From assembly GCA_045546155.1 (NCBI GenBank), contig JAZQCG010000012.1, positions 477-64,476 of the forward strand: a stretch of 64,000 bases of DNA. Direction: 5' to 3'. Shown here in pieces: positions 1 to 8,297 of the stretch (the stretch's first letter is position 1; each line of letters begins with the position of its first letter). The DNA is from Candidatus Enterousia sp. Lineage in GTDB: Bacteria > Pseudomonadota > Alphaproteobacteria > Rs-D84. The notes beneath the pieces were generated by a model. The model made no database searches. It saw only the letters and a list, made by a program, of their open reading frames with translations, and was not told the DNA's origin. Position numbers and translations under genes: made by a program.

Positions 1-5
1 CGTGT

Positions 6-130
6 GGGGGATTTCTTTTAGTGATTAGTGGTTAGTGCAAGTGATTAGTGATGGCACTATGATGTGCGGCATTCGCCGCACACAAACACTATCCACTAAC
101 CACTAAACACTAATCACTAAAAAAATCCCC
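6..130. repeat. Long imperfect palindrome built from GTGRTTAGTG-type units; gene-less counterpart of the inverted repeats that bracket the 1279-1644 gene
   Basis: Arms at about 6-50 and 87-130 are roughly 80% reverse-complementary (ggggattt..ttagtgattagtg versus cactaatcactaa..aaatcccc). A perfect central hairpin tgtgcggc-attc-gccgcaca lies at 63-82. Positions 94-120 match 1619-1646 apart from one extra a. Confidence 0.6.
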
Positions 131-145
131 TGGTGGGGGGATTGG
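119..145 (-). terminator. Rho-independent terminator of the DedA-family gene
   Basis: The minus strand reads atcccccc-acc-aggggat followed by TTTTTT, directly after the stop at 146-148. Confidence 0.6.
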
Positions 146-721
146 TTAAAACAGACTTATCAAGAATATCCCCAGGCCGGCGGCGATTATCGCGCCAAAT
201 GTTAATGGCCAGAAATACTTTTTTACAATTGTGTTGGCTTGTTCTTGGAAATAATAAAGCAGGGCCCCAATTATCGCAAAGCGGCCCGTGCGGAATATTG
301 CAGATACGCCCAAGAATAACAACATTGGGTATCCGATAAAGCCCAACCAGATTGCCAGCAATTTGTATGGTATTGGGGTTACAGCCGTCAAAACAATTAT
401 CAATATTCCATATTTTGTAAACATTGGCTTAATCGCGGTTTCGATTAATTCGGGGTTTGAAAATGTTTCAATTAACCAAATGCCAACCGAATCGTATAGC
501 CACATACCAATCAAATATGCCAATGCGCCACCGACCAATGACCCCAGTGATGCCGCAACTGTAATAGGAATTGCGCGTTTTTTTGATGCGACAATGGCGG
601 GTGTCATGAATACTTCGGGGGGGATAAATAAAAATATGGATTCGCAAATAGTCAGAAAGAATACAATCCATGAATATGCCGGACTTTCTGATTTCTTTAA
701 TATGTGTTCAACAAGTTTCAT
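146..721 (-). CDS. DedA/YqaA-family integral membrane protein
   Basis: ORF track 146-814. Start trimmed to MKLVEHIL (cat at 719-721), which has purine-rich GGGATGGGGA just upstream. The translation is a multi-pass hydrophobic protein with a DedA-like layout (FLFIPPEV..., TPIPYKL...). Confidence 0.65.
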   Translation of the reverse strand: MKLVEHILKKSESPAYSWIVFFLTICESIFLFIPPEVFMTPAIVASKKRAIPITVAASLGSLVGGALAYLIGMWLYDSVGIWLIETFSNPELIETAIKPMFTKYGILIIVLTAVTPIPYKLLAIWLGFIGYPMLLFLGVSAIFRTGRFAIIGALLYYFQEQANTIVKKYFWPLTFGAIIAAGLGIFLISLF

Positions 722-818
722 TTCCCCATCCCTTTGGTTTTTGTTTTTGCAAAATTTACTTGATTGTAATTGATAATTTATTAATTTACAATAGTATAAA
801 ACATAGGGCATCAATAAA

Positions 819-1166
819 ATGGCAAAAAGACAAATTAATTCTAATCGTGGAGAACGTATCGCAAGTAAGGTGCAAACACAGGTTGCGGAAATATTGCGCG
901 ATAATTATGGCGACGATGCGATTATTTCAGGTGTGTCGTTGGTGGGGGCGGTTGCGCATGGGGGATTGCAATTTGTGCGCCTGTATTACTATTCCCGTAA
1001 CGAAGACAGGGGCGCGGTGCAAAAACGCCTGGATGATGTTACACGCAGTGTGCGTTTTGAATTGGCTGCGCGCATGAATCAGAAATATGTCCCAGATATC
1101 CGATTCGAATATGATGATACGCTGGAAAAGGCCGCGCGTATTGATGAGTTGTTAAACAATTTGTAA
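819..1166 (+). CDS. rbfA: Ribosome-binding factor A
   Basis: 115 aa. RbfA-like pattern: N-terminal RGERIASKVQ..AEILR, central LQFVRLYY, C-terminal VPDIRFEYDDTLEKAARIDELL. Confidence 0.85.
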   Translation: MAKRQINSNRGERIASKVQTQVAEILRDNYGDDAIISGVSLVGAVAHGGLQFVRLYYYSRNEDRGAVQKRLDDVTRSVRFELAARMNQKYVPDIRFEYDDTLEKAARIDELLNNL

Positions 1167-1238
1167 TTTTTGATTTTTGTAAAAAATACACCTTGCGAAT
1201 GCGGCAATCGTATACTAGTATATGCGCATAAAGCCAAT

Positions 1239-1652
1239 AGTGGTTAGTGTAAGTGGTTAGTGGCTAGTGGTGGAATACATGAAATCGGTCAAAGATTTAA
1301 GTGTTTATCAACGAGGATTCGCACTGGCGGTTGATGTTTATAGGGTAACGACTTGCTTTCCACAAATGGAACAATTTGGTTTGGTGTCTCAGATGCGTAG
1401 AGCGGCTGTTTCGATTTGTTCAAACTTAGCAGAGGGGGCGGCGCGTGGGACAACCAAAGAATATTTGCGTTTTGTATATGTTGCCAAAGGGTCGGCGGCA
1501 GAATTAGATACGCAGATAGATCTAGCGTCTGTATTGGGGTTTATGAAAAAAGACCAAGCAGATAAACTAAGAAATGATATAGCGGAAGTGTTAAGAATGT
1601 TATCAGGATTGATTCATTCACTAACCACTAACACTAATCACTAACCACTGGT
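1239..1652. repeat. Pair of inverted (AGTGGTTAGTG)n arrays bracketing the four-helix-bundle gene
   Basis: Left arm 1239-1272 is agtggttagtgtaagtggttagtggctagtggtgg. Right arm 1619-1652 is cactaaccactaacactaatcactaaccactggt. The arms are reverse-complementary unit by unit, and the right arm also encodes the protein C-terminus (SLTTNTNH*). Confidence 0.6.
1279..1644 (+). CDS. Four-helix-bundle protein ('23S rRNA intervening-sequence protein' family)
   Basis: The translation carries the family hallmark: [64 protein letters not shown] at 1279 preferred over GTG at 1267. Confidence 0.85.
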   Translation: MKSVKDLSVYQRGFALAVDVYRVTTCFPQMEQFGLVSQMRRAAVSICSNLAEGAARGTTKEYLRFVYVAKGSAAELDTQIDLASVLGFMKKDQADKLRNDIAEVLRMLSGLIHSLTTNTNH

Positions 1653-1658
1653 ACTAAA

Positions 1659-3452
1659 ATGAAGCAATCTAATATCCGGAATTTTTCAATTGTTGCACAT
1701 ATCGATCATGGTAAATCGACTCTGTCGGACCGCTTGATTGAATTTACAGGTGGCTTGGAATCGCGTGAGATGAAGGCGCAAGTGTTGGATTCTATGGATA
1801 TTGAACGTGAACGTGGTATTACGATCAAGGCCCAGACAGTGCGTCTGAACTACAAGGCCAAGGATGGGCAAGAATACCAACTGAATTTGATGGATACGCC
1901 GGGGCATGTGGACTTTTCTTATGAGGTATCGCGTTCGCTGGCCGCGTGCGAAGGGGCATTGGTTCTGGTCGATGCAACCCAGGGGGTTCAGGCGCAAACA
2001 TTGGCCAATGCGTATTTGGCGTTGGATAATGATTTGGAAATGTTGCCGGTGTTGAACAAGATTGATTTGCCGTCCAGTGATGTTGCCGGAACACGCGAAC
2101 AAATTGCGGATGTTATCGGTCTGGATGCGAACGAAGCGTTGGCCGTATCGGGCAAGACCGGTGCAGGTGTCCCAGAATTGTTGGAAGAAATCGTGACGAA
2201 ATTACCTGCACCACATGGTAATGAAAATGCGCCGACACGTGCGTTGCTGGTGGATTCTTGGTACGATTCATATCTGGGGGTTGTGATTTTGGTGCGTGTG
2301 GTGGATGGCGCATTAAACCGTGGGCAAAAGATTAAATTTATGGCAACGGGCGCAGAATATGTGGTTGATAAAATCGGATACTTTACCCCGAAAATGGTTA
2401 ATGTTGACACACTGCATACCGGGGAAATTGGATTTATTATTACAGGTATGAAGACAATTCACGACTGCAAGGTTGGGGATACGATAACGGATGCAAAAAA
2501 CACTGGTGCTGAAATGTTGCCGGGGTTTAAGCCGTCTGTGCCGGTGGTGTTTTCATCGTTCTTTCCGGTTGAGGCGGATGATTACCCCGCATTTCGTGAA
2601 AGTTCTGAAAAGTTGGCGTTAAATGATGCGTCATTTATGTTCACAGTGGAAAAGTCATCTGCACTGGGGTTTGGGTTGCGGTGCGGATTTTTGGGCCTGT
2701 TGCATATGGAAATTATCAGTGAACGTTTGTCGCGTGAATTTAATCTGAATCTGATTAACACAGTGCCAAGTGTGCTGTACAAAGTATATCTGCGTAATGG
2801 TGAATGTATCGATTTGGAAAATCCTGCGGATATGCCAGAGGCAACACGCATAGAGCGCATAGAAGAACCATGGGTGCGGGCGACGATTATGATGCCTGAT
2901 AAATATATGGGTGGGATTATGTCGCTGTGCGCGGAACGGCGTGGGGTTCAAGAAAATATTTCTTATGTTGGGAATCGTGCGGTCTTGGTTTATCAATTGC
3001 CGTTGGCGGAAATTGTGTTCGATTTCTATGATCGGGTGAAATCTTTGTCGTCGGGATACGCATCATTTGACTATGTAGTTCAAGGATATCAGCCATCTGA
3101 TTTGGTCAAGGTTTCAATCCTGGTTAACGAAGAAAATGTAGAACCATTATCATTTATGTGTCATCGCAGTTTTGCGGAAAAACGCGGTCGCCAGATTGTG
3201 GAAAAATTAAAAGATCTGATACCGCGTCATCAATTCAAAATTCCATTACAGGCTGCAATCGGTGGCAAAATTATTGCAAGAGAGACAATTGCTGCATATC
3301 GCAAAGACGTGACGGCAAAATGCTATGGGGGGGATATAACACGTAAACGTAAACTGCTTGAAAAACAGAAAGAGGGTAAAAAACGTATGCGCACATTTGG
3401 CAACGTCGAAATCCCACAGTCTGCGTTTATTAATGCGTTAAAAGTATCATAA
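1659..3452 (+). CDS. lepA: Elongation factor 4 (LepA)
   Basis: 597 aa. GTPase motifs [18 protein letters not shown], and the LepA-specific C-terminal region ([22 protein letters not shown]). Confidence 0.97.
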   Translation: MKQSNIRNFSIVAHIDHGKSTLSDRLIEFTGGLESREMKAQVLDSMDIERERGITIKAQTVRLNYKAKDGQEYQLNLMDTPGHVDFSYEVSRSLAACEGALVLVDATQGVQAQTLANAYLALDNDLEMLPVLNKIDLPSSDVAGTREQIADVIGLDANEALAVSGKTGAGVPELLEEIVTKLPAPHGNENAPTRALLVDSWYDSYLGVVILVRVVDGALNRGQKIKFMATGAEYVVDKIGYFTPKMVNVDTLHTGEIGFIITGMKTIHDCKVGDTITDAKNTGAEMLPGFKPSVPVVFSSFFPVEADDYPAFRESSEKLALNDASFMFTVEKSSALGFGLRCGFLGLLHMEIISERLSREFNLNLINTVPSVLYKVYLRNGECIDLENPADMPEATRIERIEEPWVRATIMMPDKYMGGIMSLCAERRGVQENISYVGNRAVLVYQLPLAEIVFDFYDRVKSLSSGYASFDYVVQGYQPSDLVKVSILVNEENVEPLSFMCHRSFAEKRGRQIVEKLKDLIPRHQFKIPLQAAIGGKIIARETIAAYRKDVTAKCYGGDITRKRKLLEKQKEGKKRMRTFGNVEIPQSAFINALKVS

Positions 3453-3461
3453 GGGGTAAAA

Positions 3462-3749
3462 ATGTCTGTTGCAAAAATGAAGCTGGGGCGCGCAAGACGA
3501 AAAATTACGGGGCATTTTCATAATATGGTTTCGTGTCGCATAATAAATGGAAAACAGACCCAGTTTTGTATCAATAAAAATGTCTGGGATACGGAATGGT
3601 TGTTCTTTAAAGCGTGGGAAACAAGACTGTGTCAACATATTGATGAAGAACAATGCTCGGTTTTAAATTGCCCGCAAAAGGCGGCGCATGATAAGTATAT
3701 GAAATTAAAAAATAGTTTGCAGGGTGTGGCAAAGCAAAAGGAAAAATAA
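3462..3749 (+). CDS. Small Cys-cluster protein (P1), hypothetical
   Basis: 95 aa with AAGGGG SD, starting 9 nt after the lepA stop. The Cys pattern FCINK..C..C..C..AH.KY is shared with the N-half of the 4177-4803 product. Confidence 0.5.
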   Translation: MSVAKMKLGRARRKITGHFHNMVSCRIINGKQTQFCINKNVWDTEWLFFKAWETRLCQHIDEEQCSVLNCPQKAAHDKYMKLKNSLQGVAKQKEK

Positions 3750-3750
3750 A

Positions 3751-4161
3751 ATGGATTGGTTTGATTATTATAGGAAAGTGTCGCTGGCTCAATTTGTTCG
3801 TGATGCGCGTGAATTGCGTGCATTGCGTGGTCAATTACGCCAGGCGGAAAATGATTTAGAACATTCGACAAGGTTGCTAACAAAAGACTATGGTATCGAA
3901 GATGATATTAATCATGGGGACGCGTGCTTGAAATTTAAAGAAATTATTGAGCCTACGAATCTATTTGATAAATCTGCGTGTCGTTTTACTTTTTCACGTT
4001 GTCAGTTTTTTAAGCCATCTGGTAATGAAGAACTTTGTCCGAATCATATGTGTTCTTGTTGGCCATATAATAATCGGTATCACCAGGATTTAAATCAGGT
4101 TAAAGAAATAAAACAAAAAATATCAAAATTTTGGTCTGATAAATTATCAAAGGTAAAATAA
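3751..4161 (+). CDS. Small Cys-cluster protein (P2), hypothetical
   Basis: ATG at 3751 lies 1 nt after the P1 stop. The C-terminal CPNHMCSC...KQKISKFWSDKLSKVK parallels the C-terminus of the 4177-4803 product. Confidence 0.5.
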   Translation: MDWFDYYRKVSLAQFVRDARELRALRGQLRQAENDLEHSTRLLTKDYGIEDDINHGDACLKFKEIIEPTNLFDKSACRFTFSRCQFFKPSGNEELCPNHMCSCWPYNNRYHQDLNQVKEIKQKISKFWSDKLSKVK

Positions 4162-4176
4162 CCAAAAGAGGGGTAA

Positions 4177-4803
4177 ATGTTGCTAAAAGAATTTATTCAG
4201 AAAATTCGTGTCGCGCGTGCAGAAAGAAAGATTACATGGAACGAGCGTTGGTGGCACGATGGAATAGATATAGAAAATTGTTTCATAAATAAAGATACGG
4301 GTTATCTTAGTGTGTGCCGTAACTTTCAAGAATGTAATATGGTGCATTGTAAAAGTTATCCTGCGCATTTGAAATATGGTTATCAATTGGCCAGGGAACG
4401 CGAGATAAAAGAAGGGAAAACAGGTAATTGGTTGGCGTATCTGGTTAAAACGCCGGTTGCACAAATGCGTTCAGATTGGATGGAATATAAAAAATTGGGG
4501 TCTAAATTGCGTTGTGCGGGAATTTATAAAGGCAATATGTATCGGCGGATTTATAAATGTTTTTTGAATCCTGATAGTGTGACATTTAATGAACGTTGTA
4601 TTGTTGATTATAACGGGCGTGATGATAAAGGTAATTTGGAACACCGCCAGTATAAATGTCCATCTTTTGTAAATGGGGCACGTTGTGGTGGATGTAGTGT
4701 ATCCAAAAGAAAGTCAGAATATGATGTGGCATGTATGGAATATGAAAAACTGAAATTGAAAAAAAGTGTTTTCTGGCAAGAAAAATTTGACAATGTAAAA
4801 TAA
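4177..4803 (+). CDS. Cys-cluster protein (P3) that looks like a P1-like plus P2-like fusion, hypothetical
   Basis: 208 aa with GAGGGG SD. The N-half (ARAERKIT..CFINK..C..C..C) resembles P1. The C-half (CPSFVNGARCGGC...KLKKSVFWQEKFDNVK) resembles P2. Confidence 0.55.
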   Translation: MLLKEFIQKIRVARAERKITWNERWWHDGIDIENCFINKDTGYLSVCRNFQECNMVHCKSYPAHLKYGYQLAREREIKEGKTGNWLAYLVKTPVAQMRSDWMEYKKLGSKLRCAGIYKGNMYRRIYKCFLNPDSVTFNERCIVDYNGRDDKGNLEHRQYKCPSFVNGARCGGCSVSKRKSEYDVACMEYEKLKLKKSVFWQEKFDNVK

Positions 4804-4822
4804 AAAAACAAAGGGGTCGCCC

Positions 4823-5836
4823 ATGGCGCACCAGTTCTTTTTTAATTCTTATATCTTGGATAATCTGCCGGCGCCGCGGACTGGATTTGATGTTGTCCAA
4901 GATGTGTCTGAACCACGCCTGCGGATGTATATTACCAGTCGCGGGGTAAAAACTTTTTTTGTTCGTAAACGTGTAAATGGTAAAGACAAGCGGATTATAA
5001 TTGGTAACTATCCAGATGTTGATATCGAAGATGCGCGCAGCGCGGTGCAATCTGTGCTGGATACCGCGATGCAAAAACCGGTTACGCGTCGTCGTAAAAT
5101 TACATTTCAAAAGTTTATGGATTTATATCTGGCAAAGTGTGTGCGCCGTGGCGAAGATTCGCGGACCAAACTGGAACGTGCAATCAAGCGACATCTGGAA
5201 GGATTGTTTGAAAAAAATGTTTCTGAAATAACATCTGATGATATTCAAAATGTAATTGCGAATATTGATGGATTGGCCATTGCGGGGCGTATGCAAGAAT
5301 TGTTGCAAAGTGTGTTTAAATTTGCGCTGGAAAATGGATATGTGAAAACCAATCCGGTTGTTGATATTGCGCGTGTTGAACAAAAGCGTCGTGTGCGTCC
5401 GCTAAACAGAAATGGATTATTGCGGCTGATTTCGTCAATTGAAAAAATGGATGATTTAAATTTGCGTGCGGCGTTCTTGATGTTGATTTATGGCTTCGCA
5501 CCAAAGTCAAAGATATTTGCAATGCGCTGGGAAGATTTAGATTTTAATCACGATATGTGGGACAATCGCCCTTTGTCAGATCGCGCAATTGTTTTATTGC
5601 AAGATTTACCGCAATCAAGTAACTGGGTATTTCCGGGACGGGGTGGTTTTCATATTATCGATCCGCGTGTTGCGTGGGGGCGTGTTGCACATGCGGCGGG
5701 TATCCCAAATTTGACCATGGATGACGTTTACAAGTTTTTATTTCGGCAATTGCCATGGGCGCCAGACAAGGCGGATTTCCGCGATAATATGAACGTCTTG
5801 TTGGACGAGTTGTTGGAAACAGAATGCCAATTATAA
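4823..5836 (+). CDS. P4-type tyrosine-integrase-like protein with no recognisable catalytic residues
   Basis: The N-terminus matches the integrase arm-binding fold (LRMYITSRGVKTFFVRKRVNGKDKRIIIGNYPDVDIEDAR). The C-terminal region keeps ..MRWEDLDF.. but I cannot find the R, HxxR or terminal Y motifs. Confidence 0.6.
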   Translation: MAHQFFFNSYILDNLPAPRTGFDVVQDVSEPRLRMYITSRGVKTFFVRKRVNGKDKRIIIGNYPDVDIEDARSAVQSVLDTAMQKPVTRRRKITFQKFMDLYLAKCVRRGEDSRTKLERAIKRHLEGLFEKNVSEITSDDIQNVIANIDGLAIAGRMQELLQSVFKFALENGYVKTNPVVDIARVEQKRRVRPLNRNGLLRLISSIEKMDDLNLRAAFLMLIYGFAPKSKIFAMRWEDLDFNHDMWDNRPLSDRAIVLLQDLPQSSNWVFPGRGGFHIIDPRVAWGRVAHAAGIPNLTMDDVYKFLFRQLPWAPDKADFRDNMNVLLDELLETECQL

Positions 5837-5964
5837 CAAGGTTGGATTTTTGTCCCATTTGTTATCGTTTGTTATAATTTCTTGACATAGGGGGGCTAAA
5901 ATGATAGCTTTATGTAATGACGTTCCCGGTGGGGACCAACAATTCAAATAAAAAAGGAAAAAAA

Positions 5965-6198
5965 ATGTCAGAAACATTTGATAAAGTAAAAAAAATTATT
6001 ATCGAAAAATTGGGCTGCGACGAAGCTAAGGTTGTAGAATCTGCATCCTTTGTTAATGATTTGGGCGCAGACAGCTTGGACGTTGTAGAATTCGTTATGG
6101 AAGTTGAAAAAGAATTCAACGTTGAAATCCCAGACGAAGAAGCTGGTAAATTACAGACAGTTGGTGATGCCGTTAAATATATTGAAGCACACAAATAA
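5965..6198 (+). CDS. acpP: Acyl carrier protein
   Basis: [12 protein letters not shown]...[16 protein letters not shown] with the DSLD phosphopantetheine site. ATG at 5965 with AAGGAAA SD; the ORF-track 5' extension was discarded. Confidence 0.97.
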   Translation: MSETFDKVKKIIIEKLGCDEAKVVESASFVNDLGADSLDVVEFVMEVEKEFNVEIPDEEAGKLQTVGDAVKYIEAHK

Positions 6199-6228
6199 TA
6201 AAAACAATATTGGTATTTGTAATGTTTT

Positions 6229-6256
6229 ATCCGTCACATTGTGGCGGATTTTTTTA
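6229..6256 (+). terminator. Rho-independent terminator after acpP
   Basis: atccgtcac-att-gtggcggat followed by TTTTTTT. Confidence 0.6.
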
Positions 6257-6327
6257 TTGTATTTTGTATCCTAATCGGGCATTATTGAGACGTATGTTAG
6301 TTAATTAGACATAAAGGAAAACATATT

Positions 6328-7578
6328 ATGAAAAGAGTTGTCATTACCGGTATGGGAATTGTATCGCCGGTGGGTACTGGTCTGGATGCGGCATGGCAAA
6401 ATGTTGTTGCCGGTAAATCGGGTGTTCGTAAAATTACTGAATTCGAAGTTGATGATTTAGCATCCCAGATTGCAGGTATCCCAGAACGTGGGGAAGGGGC
6501 CGGACAATATAATCCAGACAGTGTCATTGAACCACGTGAACAACGCAAGATGGATAAATGTATTATTTATGGCATGGTTGCGGCAGATGAAGCAATCAAA
6601 GATGCGGGTTTGGTTGATTATGCCGGTGACAAAGAACGCATTGGCGTTTCAATCGGCAGTGGTATTGGTGGGTTTGACACCATCTATGAAAATTGTATTG
6701 AATTGCATACGGGCGGTCCACGTCGGGTCAGTCCTTTCTTTATCCCAAAGGGTATTATTAATATGACGGCGGGACATGTTTCAATTAAGTATGGGTTCAA
6801 GGGGCCAAACATTTCCGTTGTAACAGCATGTGCAACCGGTGCTCATTCAATTGGAGAAGCCGCCCGCTTAATCAAATATGGTGATGCCGATATTATGATT
6901 TGTGGTGGAACTGAAGGCGCAGTCAGTCGAATCGCCTTGGCGGGATTTTCGGCAATGCGCGCATTAAGTACACGCAACGATGCGCCAGAAGCCGCATCAC
7001 GACCATGGGATAAAAATCGTGATGGTTTTATCATGGCCGAAGGTGCGGGTATTTTGGTTCTGGAAGAATATGAACACGCGGTTGCGCGTGGCGCAAAAAT
7101 CTATGCTGAGGTGGCTGGATACGGCCTGTCGGGGGATGGATATCATATCACAGCGCCCGCCCCAAATGGTGAAGGTGGCAAACGTGCAATGATAGCGGCA
7201 TTAAAAGATGCAGGACTGAACCCAGCGGATGTTAACTATGTTAATGCGCACGGTACATCGACCGGTTTGGGCGACGTTGGTGAATTGGCTGCGGTCCAGG
7301 AATTGTTTAATGGTACAGACGTTTGTATGTCATCAACAAAGTCTGTGACGGGACACTTGTTGGGGGCCGCCGGTGCGGTAGAGGCAATATTCTGTGCCTG
7401 TGCGATTCGTGATGGCATTGTTCCGCCAACAATCAATTTGGATGAACCCGAAGATGCAGTTGGTGATTTCAACCTGGTGCCACATACGGCACAGAAGCGC
7501 GAAGTAAATGTTGCGCTTAGCAATTCGTTTGGGTTTGGTGGGACAAACGCCAGCATCGTCCTTAAAAAAATTAAATAA
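6328..7578 (+). CDS. fabF: 3-oxoacyl-ACP synthase II
   Basis: 416 aa KAS II: active-site context VVTACATG, HGTSTGLGD, GHLLGAAG, NSFGFGGTNAS. Confidence 0.96.
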   Translation: MKRVVITGMGIVSPVGTGLDAAWQNVVAGKSGVRKITEFEVDDLASQIAGIPERGEGAGQYNPDSVIEPREQRKMDKCIIYGMVAADEAIKDAGLVDYAGDKERIGVSIGSGIGGFDTIYENCIELHTGGPRRVSPFFIPKGIINMTAGHVSIKYGFKGPNISVVTACATGAHSIGEAARLIKYGDADIMICGGTEGAVSRIALAGFSAMRALSTRNDAPEAASRPWDKNRDGFIMAEGAGILVLEEYEHAVARGAKIYAEVAGYGLSGDGYHITAPAPNGEGGKRAMIAALKDAGLNPADVNYVNAHGTSTGLGDVGELAAVQELFNGTDVCMSSTKSVTGHLLGAAGAVEAIFCACAIRDGIVPPTINLDEPEDAVGDFNLVPHTAQKREVNVALSNSFGFGGTNASIVLKKIK

Positions 7579-7590
7579 AAAAATCAATTA

Positions 7591-7686
7591 TAATAATTCA
7601 TCTAAAAACAAATCGGGAATCTCATGTAGCGACTTGTACACTACGATTCCCGATTTCTTTTTATCTAAATCATTCTAATTGATTTT
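7591..7686. repeat. Structured intergenic repeat, copy 1 of 3 (long hairpin with conserved apical TGTAGCG..TACAC, flanked by ATCTAA boxes)
   Basis: About 86% identical to 32311-32405. Stem aaatcgggaatc../..gattcccgattt. Lies between the convergent fabF and 7723-8235 genes. Confidence 0.75.
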
Positions 7687-7722
7687 TTCCTAAGCAAGGA
7701 TTTGGTGCTGGGGGATTTTTTC

Positions 7723-8235
7723 TTATTTCTTTTTCTGAACAAAGTGTTTATATAAAAATCGTTGGATTTTTTGCCGTGGCCCTTCGCCAAATGCAAAGAA
7801 GTTTTTTGGTATGTCGGGATATCGATATATTTTGATGTACCCCAATTCTTCACCACGCAGTAATTTTTGACCCACGTCTGGAATTTGGATTGCTTTGATT
7901 GGTTTAACTGTTTCTGCGGAAACATATTCGATTACTGTAACAGATTTATTAGGGTGCAGTTCTGTTAATTGAAATGATTCTGGGGGTAATACATAGATTA
8001 CACCAGATGTGCCACAATATGTCTTTTCAAAAGAACCAGGAAAGGATTCAACTATTGTTGCGGTGTCGTTTTCAATGCCAAAATAATTATTGCCTTTGTT
8101 ATAAACGGCATATCGCAGGGCGGATGCAAAATTTGGTGTGGCAAAAACATATGGCGTGGACAGATAGCCATCCAGATGCGGTCTGATTTCTGGTAAATTT
8201 TGAACCGTGGTTCCGTGATATAATTCCATAGACAA
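7723..8235 (-). CDS. Hypothetical protein (170 aa)
   Basis: Uninterrupted ORF in an otherwise empty interval. No family recognised from the translation. Confidence 0.5.
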   Translation of the reverse strand: MSMELYHGTTVQNLPEIRPHLDGYLSTPYVFATPNFASALRYAVYNKGNNYFGIENDTATIVESFPGSFEKTYCGTSGVIYVLPPESFQLTELHPNKSVTVIEYVSAETVKPIKAIQIPDVGQKLLRGEELGYIKIYRYPDIPKNFFAFGEGPRQKIQRFLYKHFVQKKK

Positions 8236-8266
8236 AATTTTATAACAAAGAATATTTGTGTCAACT

Positions 8267-8296
8267 TAAAAATCCCCCAGTTTTGCTGGGGGATTT
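8267..8296 (-). terminator. Rho-independent terminator of the acyl-CoA synthetase gene
   Basis: The minus strand reads aaatcccccag-caaa-actgggggat followed by TTTTT, directly after the stop at 8298. Confidence 0.6.
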
Positions 8297-8297
8297 A

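Noticed and set aside
1279-1644. Four-helix-bundle gene as part of a diversity-generating retroelement (Avd-like) or a true rRNA intervening sequence
   Set aside because: There is no reverse transcriptase, no template/variable repeat pair and no rRNA sequence anywhere in the window. Only the hairpin-cassette observation is retained.
4586-5110. 174-aa minus-strand ORF bridging the P3 and integrase-like genes
   Set aside because: Antisense to two plus-strand ORFs that have SD sequences and recognisable features. No support.
5917-5964. 16-codon N-terminal extension of ACP in the ORF track
   Set aside because: The ATG at 5965 follows an AAGGAAA SD and gives the canonical ACP N-terminus. The extension has no support.
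7723-8235. ADP-ribosyltransferase or DarT-like toxin, suggested by the N-terminal ELYHGTTVQNLPEI
   Set aside because: It is a single short motif resemblance, with no partner antitoxin gene and no further catalytic motifs recognised. Left as hypothetical.
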